Below, one piece after another: positions 18,554-29,000 of a stretch of 39,342 nt of DNA. The translations under genes were made by a program, and so were the position numbers. The DNA comes from Coriobacteriales bacterium (GTDB lineage Bacteria; Actinomycetota; Coriobacteriia; Coriobacteriales; UBA8131), in assembly GCA_031272005.1 (NCBI GenBank), contig JAISUQ010000179.1, positions 1 to 39,342 on the forward strand, given 5' to 3'. Within the stretch, counting starts at the first letter, position 1; every line of letters begins with the position of its first letter. Under the pieces are notes generated by a model. It was not told where the DNA came from and made no database searches. It saw only the letters and a list, made by a program, of their open reading frames with translations.

Positions 18554-20092
18554 TTGGCTGATGTTCGACCATTTGTCTGCTGTCGTCCGCAGGCAGATTT
18601 GGCCGCTGAGGTGGCGGCCTTGCCCTATGACGTTTTCAGTCGGGCAGAGGCGGAGGCGGAGATAACCCGTCATCCGCACAGCTTTTTGCGGGTGGATAAG
18701 AGCTGCGCGCTGCTGCCGCCGGCGGTGGGGGAATACGATGCGCAGGTCTATCAGGAAGCCGCGGAGTGCTTTGATGCCGATCTGGCGGCTGGGCTGTACT
18801 GCACCGACGCCCAGCAGCATTACTATGTCTACCGATTGGTCAAGGACGGCCGGGCTCAGATCGGCGTGATTGCCCGGGTGGCGACCGACGACTACATGAA
18901 CGGGGTGGTGCGTCGCCACGAGAACACCCGAGAGCTGAAGCTTATCGACCGCATCCAGCATATTGAGGCGCTGGATGCTCAGACCAGCCCGGTGTTTTTG
19001 GCCTATCGGGCGGATGCCGGCATCGATGCGGTGGTAGCGCAGGTGATGGCGACTGGCACACCGCTGTATGACTTCGTGACCGATGACGGCGTGCGGCATA
19101 CCGTCTGGCGTGTGGAGAATGGGGCTGCCGATGCCTCTGATGATACTGCCAGGGGTACTGCCGCCGCCGACGTCGCTACCGCCGCCGCTACCGACGCCGC
19201 CAATGGCACAGCCAGGGGTACTGCCGACGCTGCCGTCAATGCCGATGCCACCGTCAATGCCACTGCTGCGTTGCAGGCTGCCTTTGCCGCTCTGCCGGCC
19301 CTGTATATCGCCGACGGGCACCATCGGGCGGCGGCTGCGGCTGAGATTTCTTTGAAGCGTCGGGCTGGCGCTGGCGCAGACGTTGGTTCAGGCACAGGTG
19401 TTGGCGCAGGTGTTGGCGCAGAGCAGGGGCATCCCGCGCCGCAGCCGGAGCTTCTGCCGGAGTCGCAGTCTGCGTCGCCGCCCGCGCCACGGCCGGCGCC
19501 ACGGCCGCAGCCGAAGCCGCAGCCGGAGCAGCGGCCCGCCGATTACTTCCTGGCCATCCTGTTCCCCTCCAATCAGCTGAGCATCCTGGATTACAATCGG
19601 GTGGTCTTTGACCTCAACGGCCGCACGCCAATGGAGTTTCTGGAGGCCCTGGCACCGGCCTGGGAGCTGACGGCGGTAGCCGCCGCCGAAGCGCCCTGGC
19701 GGCCACGTCAGCGTCACGAATTCGGCATGTATCTGGCCGGGCAGTGGTATCAGCTGCGTCTGGGCCCGGAGCTGCTGTCTGGTCTGGACGAAACGGACCC
19801 GGTGGCCAGCCTGGACGTCTCCATTCTCCAGCATCAGCTGATTGCACCGTTGTTGGGGATAGATGACCCGCGGACCTCCGAGCGCATCGCCTACGTGGGC
19901 GGCGTCCGGGGTCTGGCAGAACTGGAGCGCCGGGTGGAGGCGCTGGAGCAGCCCGGGGTGGCCTTTGCCCTCTATCCAACGACCATTGACGAGCTGTTTG
20001 CTGTGGCCGATGCCGGCAAGCTGATGCCGCCGAAATCCACCTGGTTTGAGCCCAAGCCGCGCAGCGGCCTGTTCATCCACCAGCTGAGTTGA
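18554..20092 (+). CDS. DUF1015 family protein with two low-complexity insertions
   Basis: ALPYDV, RRHENT, YIADGHHR, ILDYNR, LDVSILQ, MPPKSTWFEPKPRSGLFIH. TTG start after GGGAGAG. Confidence 0.9.
   Translation: MADVRPFVCCRPQADLAAEVAALPYDVFSRAEAEAEITRHPHSFLRVDKSCALLPPAVGEYDAQVYQEAAECFDADLAAGLYCTDAQQHYYVYRLVKDGRAQIGVIARVATDDYMNGVVRRHENTRELKLIDRIQHIEALDAQTSPVFLAYRADAGIDAVVAQVMATGTPLYDFVTDDGVRHTVWRVENGAADASDDTARGTAAADVATAAATDAANGTARGTADAAVNADATVNATAALQAAFAALPALYIADGHHRAAAAAEISLKRRAGAGADVGSGTGVGAGVGAEQGHPAPQPELLPESQSASPPAPRPAPRPQPKPQPEQRPADYFLAILFPSNQLSILDYNRVVFDLNGRTPMEFLEALAPAWELTAVAAAEAPWRPRQRHEFGMYLAGQWYQLRLGPELLSGLDETDPVASLDVSILQHQLIAPLLGIDDPRTSERIAYVGGVRGLAELERRVEALEQPGVAFALYPTTIDELFAVADAGKLMPPKSTWFEPKPRSGLFIHQLS
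19117..19270 (+). repeat. In-frame Ala/Asp/Thr-rich repeat insertion in DUF1015
   Basis: GCCAGGGGTACTGCCG at 19148 and 19211; CCGTCAATGCC at 19233 and 19251. Confidence 0.8.
19363..19540 (+). repeat. In-frame Gly/Ala- and Pro/Gln-rich repeat insertion in DUF1015
   Basis: 12-bp units CAGGTGTTGGCG x2 and CGCCACGGCCGG/C x2, encoding GVGAGVGA and PAPRPAPRPQPKPQP. Confidence 0.8.
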
Positions 20093-20109
20093 AAAACCGA
20101 GGGGGAGAG

Positions 20110-21351
20110 ATGACCAGCAGGGCGCAGCCAATCCGCAAGCATCGAGCTCTGAAGCCCAATCCGGGGTGCAAACCCAAGCCGCGCCCGGCACAGCGGGCTC
20201 TGGCTGAGCGTTGGCCGCAGTGGCCTGGGCCACGCATCAGTACTGCGCCCCCAGCCCGCCCGAAGCCACAGTCCCTGTCGGCAACCGCTCGACCTGCCAA
20301 AGTCCGCCAGCCTCGGCGCTGGGTGCCGCGTGTGCTGTTTACCGTGGCTGCCCTGCTGGTGCTGGTGGCGGCGGGGTTGCTGATCAGCTCGTTTCTGTAT
20401 GTGCAGCATATTGATGAGGACATCGCCCTGCCACCGACGGTAGTGGAGGAGCTGGAGCCGGTGCTGGTGGTGCCGGAGCAGCCCGATCAAGCCTACTACG
20501 TGCTGGTCATCGGCACTGATTATCGCGAGGACCCGCTGTATCTGGAGCAGGGCGGCAGCATACGCTCTGATACTATCATGTTAGCACGCATTGATCCGGA
20601 GGTCCCGCAGGTCACGGTGTTGTCGATCCCCCGGGATACCGAGTACGACTTCCCGGATCACGGTATCGACAAGATCAACTATGCCTTTGCCAGCGGTGGG
20701 CCAGCCGGCGTGGTAGCGGCGGTTTCGGACCTTTGCGGTGTGGACATCGCCCATTATGTGGAGCTGGACTTTCAGGGCGTGGTGCAGATGGTCGATCTGG
20801 TGGGCGGTGTGACTGTGGACGTGCCGGTGGATTTGGAGCTGGACGGTGTCTTCATCCCCCGCGGCGTGCAGACCCTGGACGGCTCGCAGGCTCTGATCAT
20901 GAGCCGCTGCCGGACCTTCCCCAACGACTTTGTAGCCCTGCCCGACCTGCAGCGGGTTCAGAACCAGCGGTTGCTGGTGCAGGCTGTGGCCAGCAAGGTG
21001 CTGGCGGCGGACATCGGCGCCATGCCTGGGCTGATCAGCGAGCTGGCCAAGTGTGTGAGCACCGACCTTTCGGCCACCGACGTCATGGACCTGGCGCTGA
21101 AGATGCGCGGCATGGACGCCGCCAATATGTACCTGGATACCATTCCGGTCTACGCCAACAGCCGGGAGATCGACGGGGTCTACAACTCGCTTCTGAGCAT
21201 CGACCAGCCGGCCTTTGCCGAGATGATGGAGCGGGTGGACAGCGGCCTGTCGCCCCGGGCAGCGGAGGGGGAGACGACGGCCGAGGCGGCAACGGCAGCG
21301 GAGCCAGTGGCGGAGACGACCGCCGAGGCGGAGGTTGGGGAGGCACAATGA
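20110..21351 (+). CDS. LCP (LytR-CpsA-Psr) family cell-wall glycopolymer ligase
   Basis: Basic Pro-rich N-terminus, one TM helix, then VLVIGTD, RSDTIMLAR, LSIPRDT, KINYAF, LDGSQAL, DLQRVQNQR. Start set at ATG 20110 after GGGGGAG. Confidence 0.92.
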   Translation: MTSRAQPIRKHRALKPNPGCKPKPRPAQRALAERWPQWPGPRISTAPPARPKPQSLSATARPAKVRQPRRWVPRVLFTVAALLVLVAAGLLISSFLYVQHIDEDIALPPTVVEELEPVLVVPEQPDQAYYVLVIGTDYREDPLYLEQGGSIRSDTIMLARIDPEVPQVTVLSIPRDTEYDFPDHGIDKINYAFASGGPAGVVAAVSDLCGVDIAHYVELDFQGVVQMVDLVGGVTVDVPVDLELDGVFIPRGVQTLDGSQALIMSRCRTFPNDFVALPDLQRVQNQRLLVQAVASKVLAADIGAMPGLISELAKCVSTDLSATDVMDLALKMRGMDAANMYLDTIPVYANSREIDGVYNSLLSIDQPAFAEMMERVDSGLSPRAAEGETTAEAATAAEPVAETTAEAEVGEAQ

Positions 21352-22355
21352 AACTGTTGATTACCGGTGCCGGCGGCCAGCTGGGCCGCGAATTGCAGCA
21401 GGTTCTGCGGGAGAACAGCGCCCGGGTTGGTGGCCGCCAGGCCGCTACCCTGTTGCCGGCAGTTTACGACAACGTGGAGGTCATCGCTGCCAGTCATGCC
21501 GATTTGGACATCTGCGATGAGCCGGCGGTCATGGAGTATCTGAGTCGGCAGCGTCCGGACGTATTGATTAACTGCGCTGCCCTGGCCGACGTGGACGCCT
21601 GCCAGAGCAATCTGCGGGCGGCTCATGCCCTCAACGCCCTGGCACCTGGTCATCTGGCCCGGGCTGCCCAGGCTTATGGCTGCCGATTGCTGCATATCTC
21701 CACCGATTATGTCTTTGCTGGTGACAGCGACCGACCCTATGTTGAGGATGACCTTGTACGGCCGATGAACACCTATGGCGCCAGCAAACTGGCCGGAGAG
21801 CGCCAGGTACTGGAGATGAGCCCGCAGGCCCTGGTGGTGCGTACCGCCTGGCTCTACGGGCGCTGTGCCGACGACAGCTATGTGGCCAGGGTATTGCGCC
21901 AAGCTGTGGAGAATCAACAACTGCGCGCCGCCATCGACCAGACAGGCAGTCCCACACTTACGGGCGATCTGGCTTTGGAGCTGCTGCACCTGGCGGTGAG
22001 CGGGCTGACCGGTGTGGTGCACTGTGCCGGCGCCGGCGGCTGCTCGCGCTATGAGTTGGCTGAGGCGGTATTGCAGCTGACCGGCAGCCGTTGCCAGCTG
22101 GAGCCAGCCCGGGCGGAGGATATTGCCCAGCTGGCGCCGCGTCCGGCCTTCTCCGCATTGGATAATGCGCGCCTGCGCCGGGAGTGCGGGCGGGAATTGC
22201 GACCCTGGCGTGAAGCCCTGGCGGCGTATCTGAGCGAGCAACGTGGAGAACAACCTACGGGGTTGCCCGGGGGCTCATCCGCAGGGCAGCCAGCAGGGCA
22301 GCCAGCAGGGCAGCCGGTAGAGCAACCCGCGTGGCCGCCGGGGGGTCTGCGCTGA
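21348..22355 (+). CDS. rfbD: dTDP-4-dehydrorhamnose reductase
   Basis: LITGAGGQLG, INCAA, ISTDYVF, YGASKLAGE, RTAWLY, RPAFSALD. ATGA overlap with the LCP gene. Confidence 0.93.
   Translation: MKLLITGAGGQLGRELQQVLRENSARVGGRQAATLLPAVYDNVEVIAASHADLDICDEPAVMEYLSRQRPDVLINCAALADVDACQSNLRAAHALNALAPGHLARAAQAYGCRLLHISTDYVFAGDSDRPYVEDDLVRPMNTYGASKLAGERQVLEMSPQALVVRTAWLYGRCADDSYVARVLRQAVENQQLRAAIDQTGSPTLTGDLALELLHLAVSGLTGVVHCAGAGGCSRYELAEAVLQLTGSRCQLEPARAEDIAQLAPRPAFSALDNARLRRECGRELRPWREALAAYLSEQRGEQPTGLPGGSSAGQPAGQPAGQPVEQPAWPPGGLR
22281..22316 (+). repeat. 12-bp tandem repeat (GCAGGGCAGCCA)x3 in the RmlD C-terminal tail
   Basis: Encodes AGQP x3; the third copy ends in G. Confidence 0.9.
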
Positions 22356-22903
22356 TGGGCGGCTTCAACTTCATACCCACCGACATCGCCGGCCTGACCA
22401 TCGTCGAGCCAGTGCTGCACGGCGACGAACGCGGCTACTTCATGGAGACCTGGCAGGTCAGCGACTTCGCCGCCGCCGGCATCCAGGCCGACTTCGTGCA
22501 GGACAACCAGTCCGGCTCGCAACGCGGCGTGCTGCGCGGCCTGCACTACCAGCGTCAGCACCCTCAGGCCAAACTGGTGCGGGTGCTGGCCGGCGAGGTC
22601 TACGACGTGGCCGTGGACCTGCGACCCGACAGCCCTACCTGTGGCAAGCACTTCGGACTGATCCTCTCCGCTGCCAACCGCCGGCAGCTGTTCGTCCCGC
22701 GCGGCTTTGCCCATGGCTTTTTGGTGCTCAGCGACTTCGCCGAGCTGGCCTACCGCTGCGACGCCCCCTACCACCCCGAAGACGAAGCCGGTGTGGCCTA
22801 CAATGATCCGACTTTGAACATACCCTGGCCGCTGGAGGCCCTCCAGGGCCAGCCGCTGGTGCTGTCGGAGAGGGACCGTCAGCTGCCATGCCTGGGGCAA
22901 TGA
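22355..22903 (+). CDS. rfbC: dTDP-4-dehydrorhamnose 3,5-epimerase
   Basis: DERGYFMET, FVQDNQS, GVLRGLHYQ, DVAVDLR, VPRGFAHGF. Start at ATG 22355 (TGATG). Confidence 0.95.
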   Translation: MGGFNFIPTDIAGLTIVEPVLHGDERGYFMETWQVSDFAAAGIQADFVQDNQSGSQRGVLRGLHYQRQHPQAKLVRVLAGEVYDVAVDLRPDSPTCGKHFGLILSAANRRQLFVPRGFAHGFLVLSDFAELAYRCDAPYHPEDEAGVAYNDPTLNIPWPLEALQGQPLVLSERDRQLPCLGQ

Positions 22904-22922
22904 TGGTAGCTGGAGCGCAATC

Positions 22923-25244
22923 ATGAGCAACAGCATGCAGCCCAAAGGCCCTCTGTACCTGGCGCGCCGCTCGGCCCATATCCTGGCCAGGCGAGGCCCC
23001 AGGGCGCTGCTCAGGACGGTGCGGGGCTATCTGCAGGAGAGGCAAGTTGCCGGCGGGCGCCCAGGACAGCGGTATCTGGACGTGCTGTTCATCAACGGCT
23101 GCACCCTGCCGCATCCTTCGCGCTATCGTGTGGACCACCAGATTGAGCAGCTCCAGGCTCATGGGCTGGCGGCTGGCAAAATCTTCTACACCGAATTGAA
23201 GCCGGAGATGGCCAAGGGCGCCCGGCTGTTCGTCTTCTTTCGTTGTCCGTATACCGACACCATCGGCGAGTTTGTCGCCGCCGCCCGCCGGCAGAACAAA
23301 CCGCTGCTCTTCGACATCGACGATCTGGTGATCGACGAGAAGTATACGAATACCATTGCCTATCTGCAGCGGCTCAGCGCCGACGAGCGGGCTCAGTATG
23401 ACGATGGCGTGCAGCGGATGCAACAGCTGTTGCGCCTCTGCGACGCCGCCATCACCACCACCGAGGCTCTGGCCGGAGAGCTTGAACAGTATGTGGAGCA
23501 GGTCTTGCTCAACCGCAACGTGGCCTCTGAGGAGATGGTGCGCTGCTGCGATGCTGCCCTGCGCCAGCGGCAGGCCCAAGCCCAGGCTGCTGCTTGCCAA
23601 CGACAGGCTCCTGCCCGTGACCAGGCCCATGACCAGGCCAGCGCTCAAGCCACCACGTGCGTTGCCGGCAAAGTCGGCAACACGACCACCCCAGATACCC
23701 CCAGCCGCCTGCGCATCGGCTACTTCAGCGGCAGCATCACCCACAACGATGACATCATCTGGCTGGCCCCCGTGCTCCGCGATTTACTGGGTGCCTGTCC
23801 CCAACTGGAGCTGCTGATTGTCGGCGAGCTGGACCTGCCGGCCGAGCTGGCGGCCTTTGGCGAGCGGGTGGCCCAAAAGCCCTTTGTGGACTTCACCCGC
23901 TTGCCCCAGTTGATTGCCTCGGTGGACATCAACATCGCGCCGCTGACCCCGGGGCTGTTCAATGAGGCCAAATCCGAGATCAAATGGCTGGAAGCGGCGC
24001 TTCTGGAGGTCCCCACCGTGGCCAGCAACCTGGGGGCCTTTGCCCGGATGATCAAGGACGGCGAGACCGGCATGCTGGCCAGCGACGCCGAGCAGTGGCA
24101 TACGGCCCTGACCCGCCTGATCAACAGCCCCGAGCTGCGCCAGCGCATCGGGCGCGCAGCCAGCGAGTTCGCTCGCGCCCACTGCTGCACTCTGACCACC
24201 GGCGGGCCGCTTGCCGAGTTTCTCCGCCGCCGCCTGACTGCGAATATCGCCTTTGTTCTGCCCTCCACCAAAATCTCCGGTGGCGTGCGGGTGGCGCTGG
24301 AGCATTGCCGCATCCTCAATGAGGCCGGCCAGGACGCCTTCATCATCGTCGATTCCAACCAGGCCGAGAACATCCGCTACGCCGGCCGGGAGGTACCGGT
24401 ACTCAGCGCCCGGCGCTGCGGGTTTGCGGGCAGCATCGACAAGGCGGTGGCCACGCTGTGGTCGACAGTGCCCTTTGTGCTGGAGCAGCCCAGCGTGCGC
24501 CAGCGCTTCTACCTGGTGCAGAACTACGAGACCGACTTCTACGAGCCGGGCAACCCCTGTCGCATCGATGCGGAGAAGACCTACACTGCCGAGCTGCCGC
24601 TGCAGTACCTGACCATATCGCGCTGGTGTCAGGATTGGCTGAAGCAACGTTATGGCAAGTTGGCCCGCTATGCTCCCAACGGCATCAACACTGCGCAGTT
24701 TGCCGCTGCCACCCGCAGCTGGCCGGCGGCGGGTGCCGGGCAGCGCGTGCGGGTACTGGTGGAGGGCAACAGCAGCGACCGCTACAAGAATGTCGATGGC
24801 GCTTTCAGGGTGATAGAGCAGCTGGATACGGCCCGTTTTGAGGTCTGGTATATGTCCTACGACGGCCGGCCCAAGCCCTGGTATCGGGTGGACAGATTCC
24901 TCCACAAGGTGCCCTTGGAGCAGGTCGGCGAGGTCTACGCCCAATGCGACATCCTGCTCAAGAGCAGCCTGCTGGAAAGCTTCTCCTATCCGCCGTTGGA
25001 GATGATGGCCACCGGAGGCTGGGCGGTGGTGGCGGCCAACGCCGGCAACGCCGAATACCTGCGTGATGGGGAGAACTGCCTGCTCTATGACGCCGCACAG
25101 CCCGAGGATGCCGTCGCCGCCATCGAGCGTGTGTGTGCCGATGCCGAGTTGCGGGCCCATCTGGCGGCCAACGGCCTGGATACCGCGCGCGCCCGCGACT
25201 GGGCTGGCCTGGCAGAGCAGATTGTAGACTTCTATGGATCATGA
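22923..25244 (+). CDS. Two-module GT-B (GT4) glycosyltransferase; C-terminal module WsaF-like
   Basis: Module 1: SRYRV, FDIDDL, IGYFSGS, KSEIKWLEA. Module 2: SGGVR, ATLWST, YLVQNYE, ESFSYPPLEMMA. Basic amphipathic N-terminus. Confidence 0.85.
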   Translation: MSNSMQPKGPLYLARRSAHILARRGPRALLRTVRGYLQERQVAGGRPGQRYLDVLFINGCTLPHPSRYRVDHQIEQLQAHGLAAGKIFYTELKPEMAKGARLFVFFRCPYTDTIGEFVAAARRQNKPLLFDIDDLVIDEKYTNTIAYLQRLSADERAQYDDGVQRMQQLLRLCDAAITTTEALAGELEQYVEQVLLNRNVASEEMVRCCDAALRQRQAQAQAAACQRQAPARDQAHDQASAQATTCVAGKVGNTTTPDTPSRLRIGYFSGSITHNDDIIWLAPVLRDLLGACPQLELLIVGELDLPAELAAFGERVAQKPFVDFTRLPQLIASVDINIAPLTPGLFNEAKSEIKWLEAALLEVPTVASNLGAFARMIKDGETGMLASDAEQWHTALTRLINSPELRQRIGRAASEFARAHCCTLTTGGPLAEFLRRRLTANIAFVLPSTKISGGVRVALEHCRILNEAGQDAFIIVDSNQAENIRYAGREVPVLSARRCGFAGSIDKAVATLWSTVPFVLEQPSVRQRFYLVQNYETDFYEPGNPCRIDAEKTYTAELPLQYLTISRWCQDWLKQRYGKLARYAPNGINTAQFAAATRSWPAAGAGQRVRVLVEGNSSDRYKNVDGAFRVIEQLDTARFEVWYMSYDGRPKPWYRVDRFLHKVPLEQVGEVYAQCDILLKSSLLESFSYPPLEMMATGGWAVVAANAGNAEYLRDGENCLLYDAAQPEDAVAAIERVCADAELRAHLAANGLDTARARDWAGLAEQIVDFYGS

Positions 25245-26016
25245 GTTGGTGGCCATAGTGGTGCTCTACAACCGCCCGCTGGCCGCATCGCCGAGCATCG
25301 CGGCCTTGCAGGAGCAGGAGGGCCTGCGCCTGCTCATCTGCGACAACAGCACCATGGAATTGGGCAACGCCGAGGCCGCTGCCCGCAGCGGCGCCCAGTA
25401 CATCAACATGGGGGGCAACCAGGGTCTGGCCCGAGCATATAATCAAGCTATTGCTACGCTGCCGTTGCCGCAGATCGAGGCCGTCTGTCTGTTTGACGAT
25501 GACACCGAGGTACCCGTTGACTACGCTGCCAGAGCCCGACAGTACCTGACCGACCGCTCAGCCGACATCTATCTGCCGCTGGTTTACGACGGCCGGGGCC
25601 TGCTTTCGCCTTGCCGGCTTCAGCGTTACCGGGCCATGCGCCTGGGGGATGCGGAGTTGACGTCTCTCGGTGCCAACCAGGCCATCCCTGCCGAATACGT
25701 GGGCGTCAACAGCGGCATGCTGATCCGTCCGGCGACGTTGCTTCGCTGCCGCTTCGATGAGCGCCTGCTTTTGGATTATGTGGACTTCAGCTTCCAGCGG
25801 CAGGCCCGGGCAGAGGGTGCCACGGTGGCGGTGATGCCCGATATTATCCTCCACCAGGACTTCTCTGCTACCAGCAGCAGCACGCAGGCAGCTGCCGAAC
25901 GCCGCCAGCGACTGCAGAGCTTTACCCGGGATTTGCGTATCTATTGCGGCAACAGCCTGCGAGGGCGGCTGGCCGCTGCGGCCATCGCCTGGCGTCGGAG
26001 ATTGGCGGCTGGCTGA
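25234..26016 (+). CDS. GT2 family glycosyltransferase, rhamnosyltransferase-like
   Basis: AIVVLYN, ICDNST, NQGLARAYN, DxD in LFDDDT, NSGMLI, FDERLLLDYVD. Confidence 0.85.
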   Translation: MDHELVAIVVLYNRPLAASPSIAALQEQEGLRLLICDNSTMELGNAEAAARSGAQYINMGGNQGLARAYNQAIATLPLPQIEAVCLFDDDTEVPVDYAARARQYLTDRSADIYLPLVYDGRGLLSPCRLQRYRAMRLGDAELTSLGANQAIPAEYVGVNSGMLIRPATLLRCRFDERLLLDYVDFSFQRQARAEGATVAVMPDIILHQDFSATSSSTQAAAERRQRLQSFTRDLRIYCGNSLRGRLAAAAIAWRRRLAAG

Positions 26017-29000
26017 TGGTTGACATGGATAAAGAGCAACTCGCCGAGCTGCTGGCCGAACAGCTGGCCGCCGCTCAGCAGGAGTTGGCTGCCGCCCAAC
26101 AGCTGCTGGCCCAAACCGAGCAGGAATTGGCAGCCGTCCGGGCTGAGAGTGCCCGCCTGGAGCAGGATAACAGCTCGCTGCTGCGCTGGCTGGATACCGT
26201 GCGCACGGAGCTGCCGGCGGCTCAACTGGCGCAGGAGTACGAGCAGCGCTGGCTGGACGTTGTCCAGTCCCGGAAGTGGAAGTTGATTTCCAAAGCCCAG
26301 CCCGGCCTGGACCGCCTGGCCGATCTGCGGCACCGGCTGGCTCGGCAGCGCCCCCAGCAACCCCAAAGTCTCAACAGCCCACAGCAACAGCACTCCGGCA
26401 GCTCTCAGCAACCCCAGCATTCCGGCAACCCCCAGCAACCCCAGCACTCCGGCAGCACCCTGCACTCCGGCAGCACCTTGCGCCCCGGCAGTCGCCGTCA
26501 GCCGAACCAGGCCGCCCAAGCCTTGAGCATCGGCGCTGGCGCCAAGGCCTGCCAGCGTCTGCGTTTCAGTCTGCTCAGCCTGCCGGCGCAACCCGCGCTC
26601 GCCGGCAAACGCATCGCCGTGCATCTGCACCTCTACTACGAGGACCTGGCCCGGGAGTTTGCCGGCTATCTGCGCCACATCCCCTGTGACTTCGACCTCT
26701 TCATTTCGGTGCGCGATGCGGCGGTCATCCCGGAGGTGCGCCGGGTCTTCTCCAAACTGAAACATGCGCAGGCTCTGACCATCGAGGCCGTGCCCAACAG
26801 CGGTCGGGACTTTGCCCCGATGCTGGTGACCTTCGGCGAGCGCCTGTCAGCTTGCGACTACGTGCTGCATATCCATTCCAAGAAGTCCCTGCGTATGGAG
26901 GATGCAGACGCTGCCGAGGACTGGCGCAAATACCTGCTGAATTCGGTGCTGGGCTCGCGCTGGCTGGTAGAGCGGATCTTCTTTCTGTTGGAGAATTATC
27001 CCGGCATGGGCCTGATTATCCCCGAGACCTACCACCTGCCGCACTGGGCGCATACGGCACTCGGCACTTATCAGCACCTGCGTCAGCTGTTCGCCCGCCA
27101 GGGGCTGGACTTCGAGGACCGTTACCTGGACTTCTCGGCGGGCAGCGCCTTCTGGTTTCGGCCGGCGGCATTCAGGGGGCTGTTTGGCCTGGGGCTGAGC
27201 TACGCGGACTTCGGCCCGGAGACGGGCCTGGACGAGGGTACGCTGCACCACGCCATCGAGCGCTGTTTTGGCGAGCTGGCCCACCTGGCCGGATACAACT
27301 ATGCCGTGCTGGATGTGCCCCGGATGCTGGTCAAGCTGAACTTTGCCGACAAGGGCCTGCCGCGCTACTTCGACCAGACCAAGACCACGCTGCTGAACCG
27401 GCTGCTGCAGGCCGAACTGGTGACCTTCGACATCTTCGACACGCTGATAACCCGTCCGCTCTGGCAGCCTCACGACCTCTACTCGCTGCTGGAACCGCAG
27501 ATGCTGGCGGAGTTCGGCATCGCCGATTTTCGCGCCCAGCGCCTGGCGGCCGAGCAGGAGGCCGGGCGCCGGGCTGAGTGCTGGCATGACGTCAGCATTG
27601 ATGACATCTATGCGGTTCTGGCCGAGGCCTGCAACCTGTCCGCAGCTCAGGCCGCCGCCGCCCGCCAGCTGGAATGCGACACAGAGATCGCAATTGCCCT
27701 GCCACGGCTGGAGATGCTCGATGTCTACAAGCTCCTTGTGGCCAAAGGCCGGCGGATTATCCTGCTCAGCGATATGTATCTGCCCAGCTCGGTGCTCCAG
27801 CAGATGCTGGAGAAATGCGGCTATGCCGGCTGGGAGGAGCTCTGGGTCTCCTGCGAGCGGGGCTGCCGCAAGGATGTGGGCGATATGTGGGAGCAGTTCT
27901 TTGGCCAATACGGCCAGTATCAGACCGTCCATGTGGGCGACAACGAAGCCTCCGACATCCAGCGCCTGGCCCAGCGCTCCCGCCCCAGCGAGCATGTGAT
28001 GCAGGGTCGCAAGATGTTTCTGCTCACCGAGCTGGCGGAGCGGATGCGCGCGGAGCTGGGCGCTCTTCCGCCGGCCAACAGCGTGCTGATGGGTCTGTTC
28101 GTCAACCGGCTGTACAACTCGCCCTTTGCCTTCAACCAGACCCGGGGCAGGTGCAACATCAGCAACCTGCACGATTTTGGCTACCTGGTGTTTGCGCCGC
28201 TGCTGCTGTATTTCTGTCTCTGGTTGGAGGAGCATCTGGCCGATGACCGGCCCGAAGCGCTGCTGTTCGTCGCCCGCGACGGCTATAACATCCAAAAGCT
28301 CTATAGCGAATATCAACGCATCTTTGGCCGCCAGCCGGGGCCCGCCCAGCACTACTTCTATACCTCGCGGGTGGTGGCTGATCTGGCCACCGTCAGCAGT
28401 CCGGAGGACCTCGCACGTTTTGGCGAGAAGGCATTTACCGGTCAGCTGGCGCAGCTGTTCAAAGCCCGCCTGAACCTGGAGCTGCCCGCAGACGAGGATC
28501 AGCCCATCGCACTGCCCCGGGATGCCAGGCTGGTTGAGGCCGCGCTGCAGCGGCACAGCAACCGGATTCTGGCTGCCGCCCGGCAGATGCGCCAGGATTA
28601 TCTGGGCTACCTGGCTCAGACCGTGCCGGATTACCGCCAGCAGCGGCTGGCCATCGTAGACATCGGCTACGCCGGCAGCGCCCACGCCGCCCTGGCCGAG
28701 CTGACCGCCCGCAAGATCACCGGCTACTACTTTGCCCTCTGCAAGCCCAAGCCGCCAGATTTGGGCTGCGTGTGCCGGGCAGCCTTTGGCAGCACGGAGG
28801 AGCATGAGGACGTGCCCTTGCTGGCCCAGGCCGGGATACTGCTGGAGAGCTACCTCTCCTCTCCCGAAGGTCGGGTTATCGGTTACCAGCAATGCGACGG
28901 CCGCTATCTGCCGCTGTTGGACGCCAACACGCTCGGCGGCTTCGAGCAATTCTCCGCCGAGCTGACCGCTGGGATCATCGAGTATATGGAGGACGTGCGG

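Noticed and set aside
20733-21347. N-terminal extensions in the ORF track (20733 for RmlD; also 1306, 2918, 4896, 5296, 6844, 25944, 34493)
   Set aside because: They overlap upstream genes. Family N-termini, SD positions and stop/start overlaps support the later starts.
19117-26492. Repeat clusters considered as CRISPR arrays
   Set aside because: They are tandem, degenerate and in-frame within genes, with no unique spacers and no cas genes.
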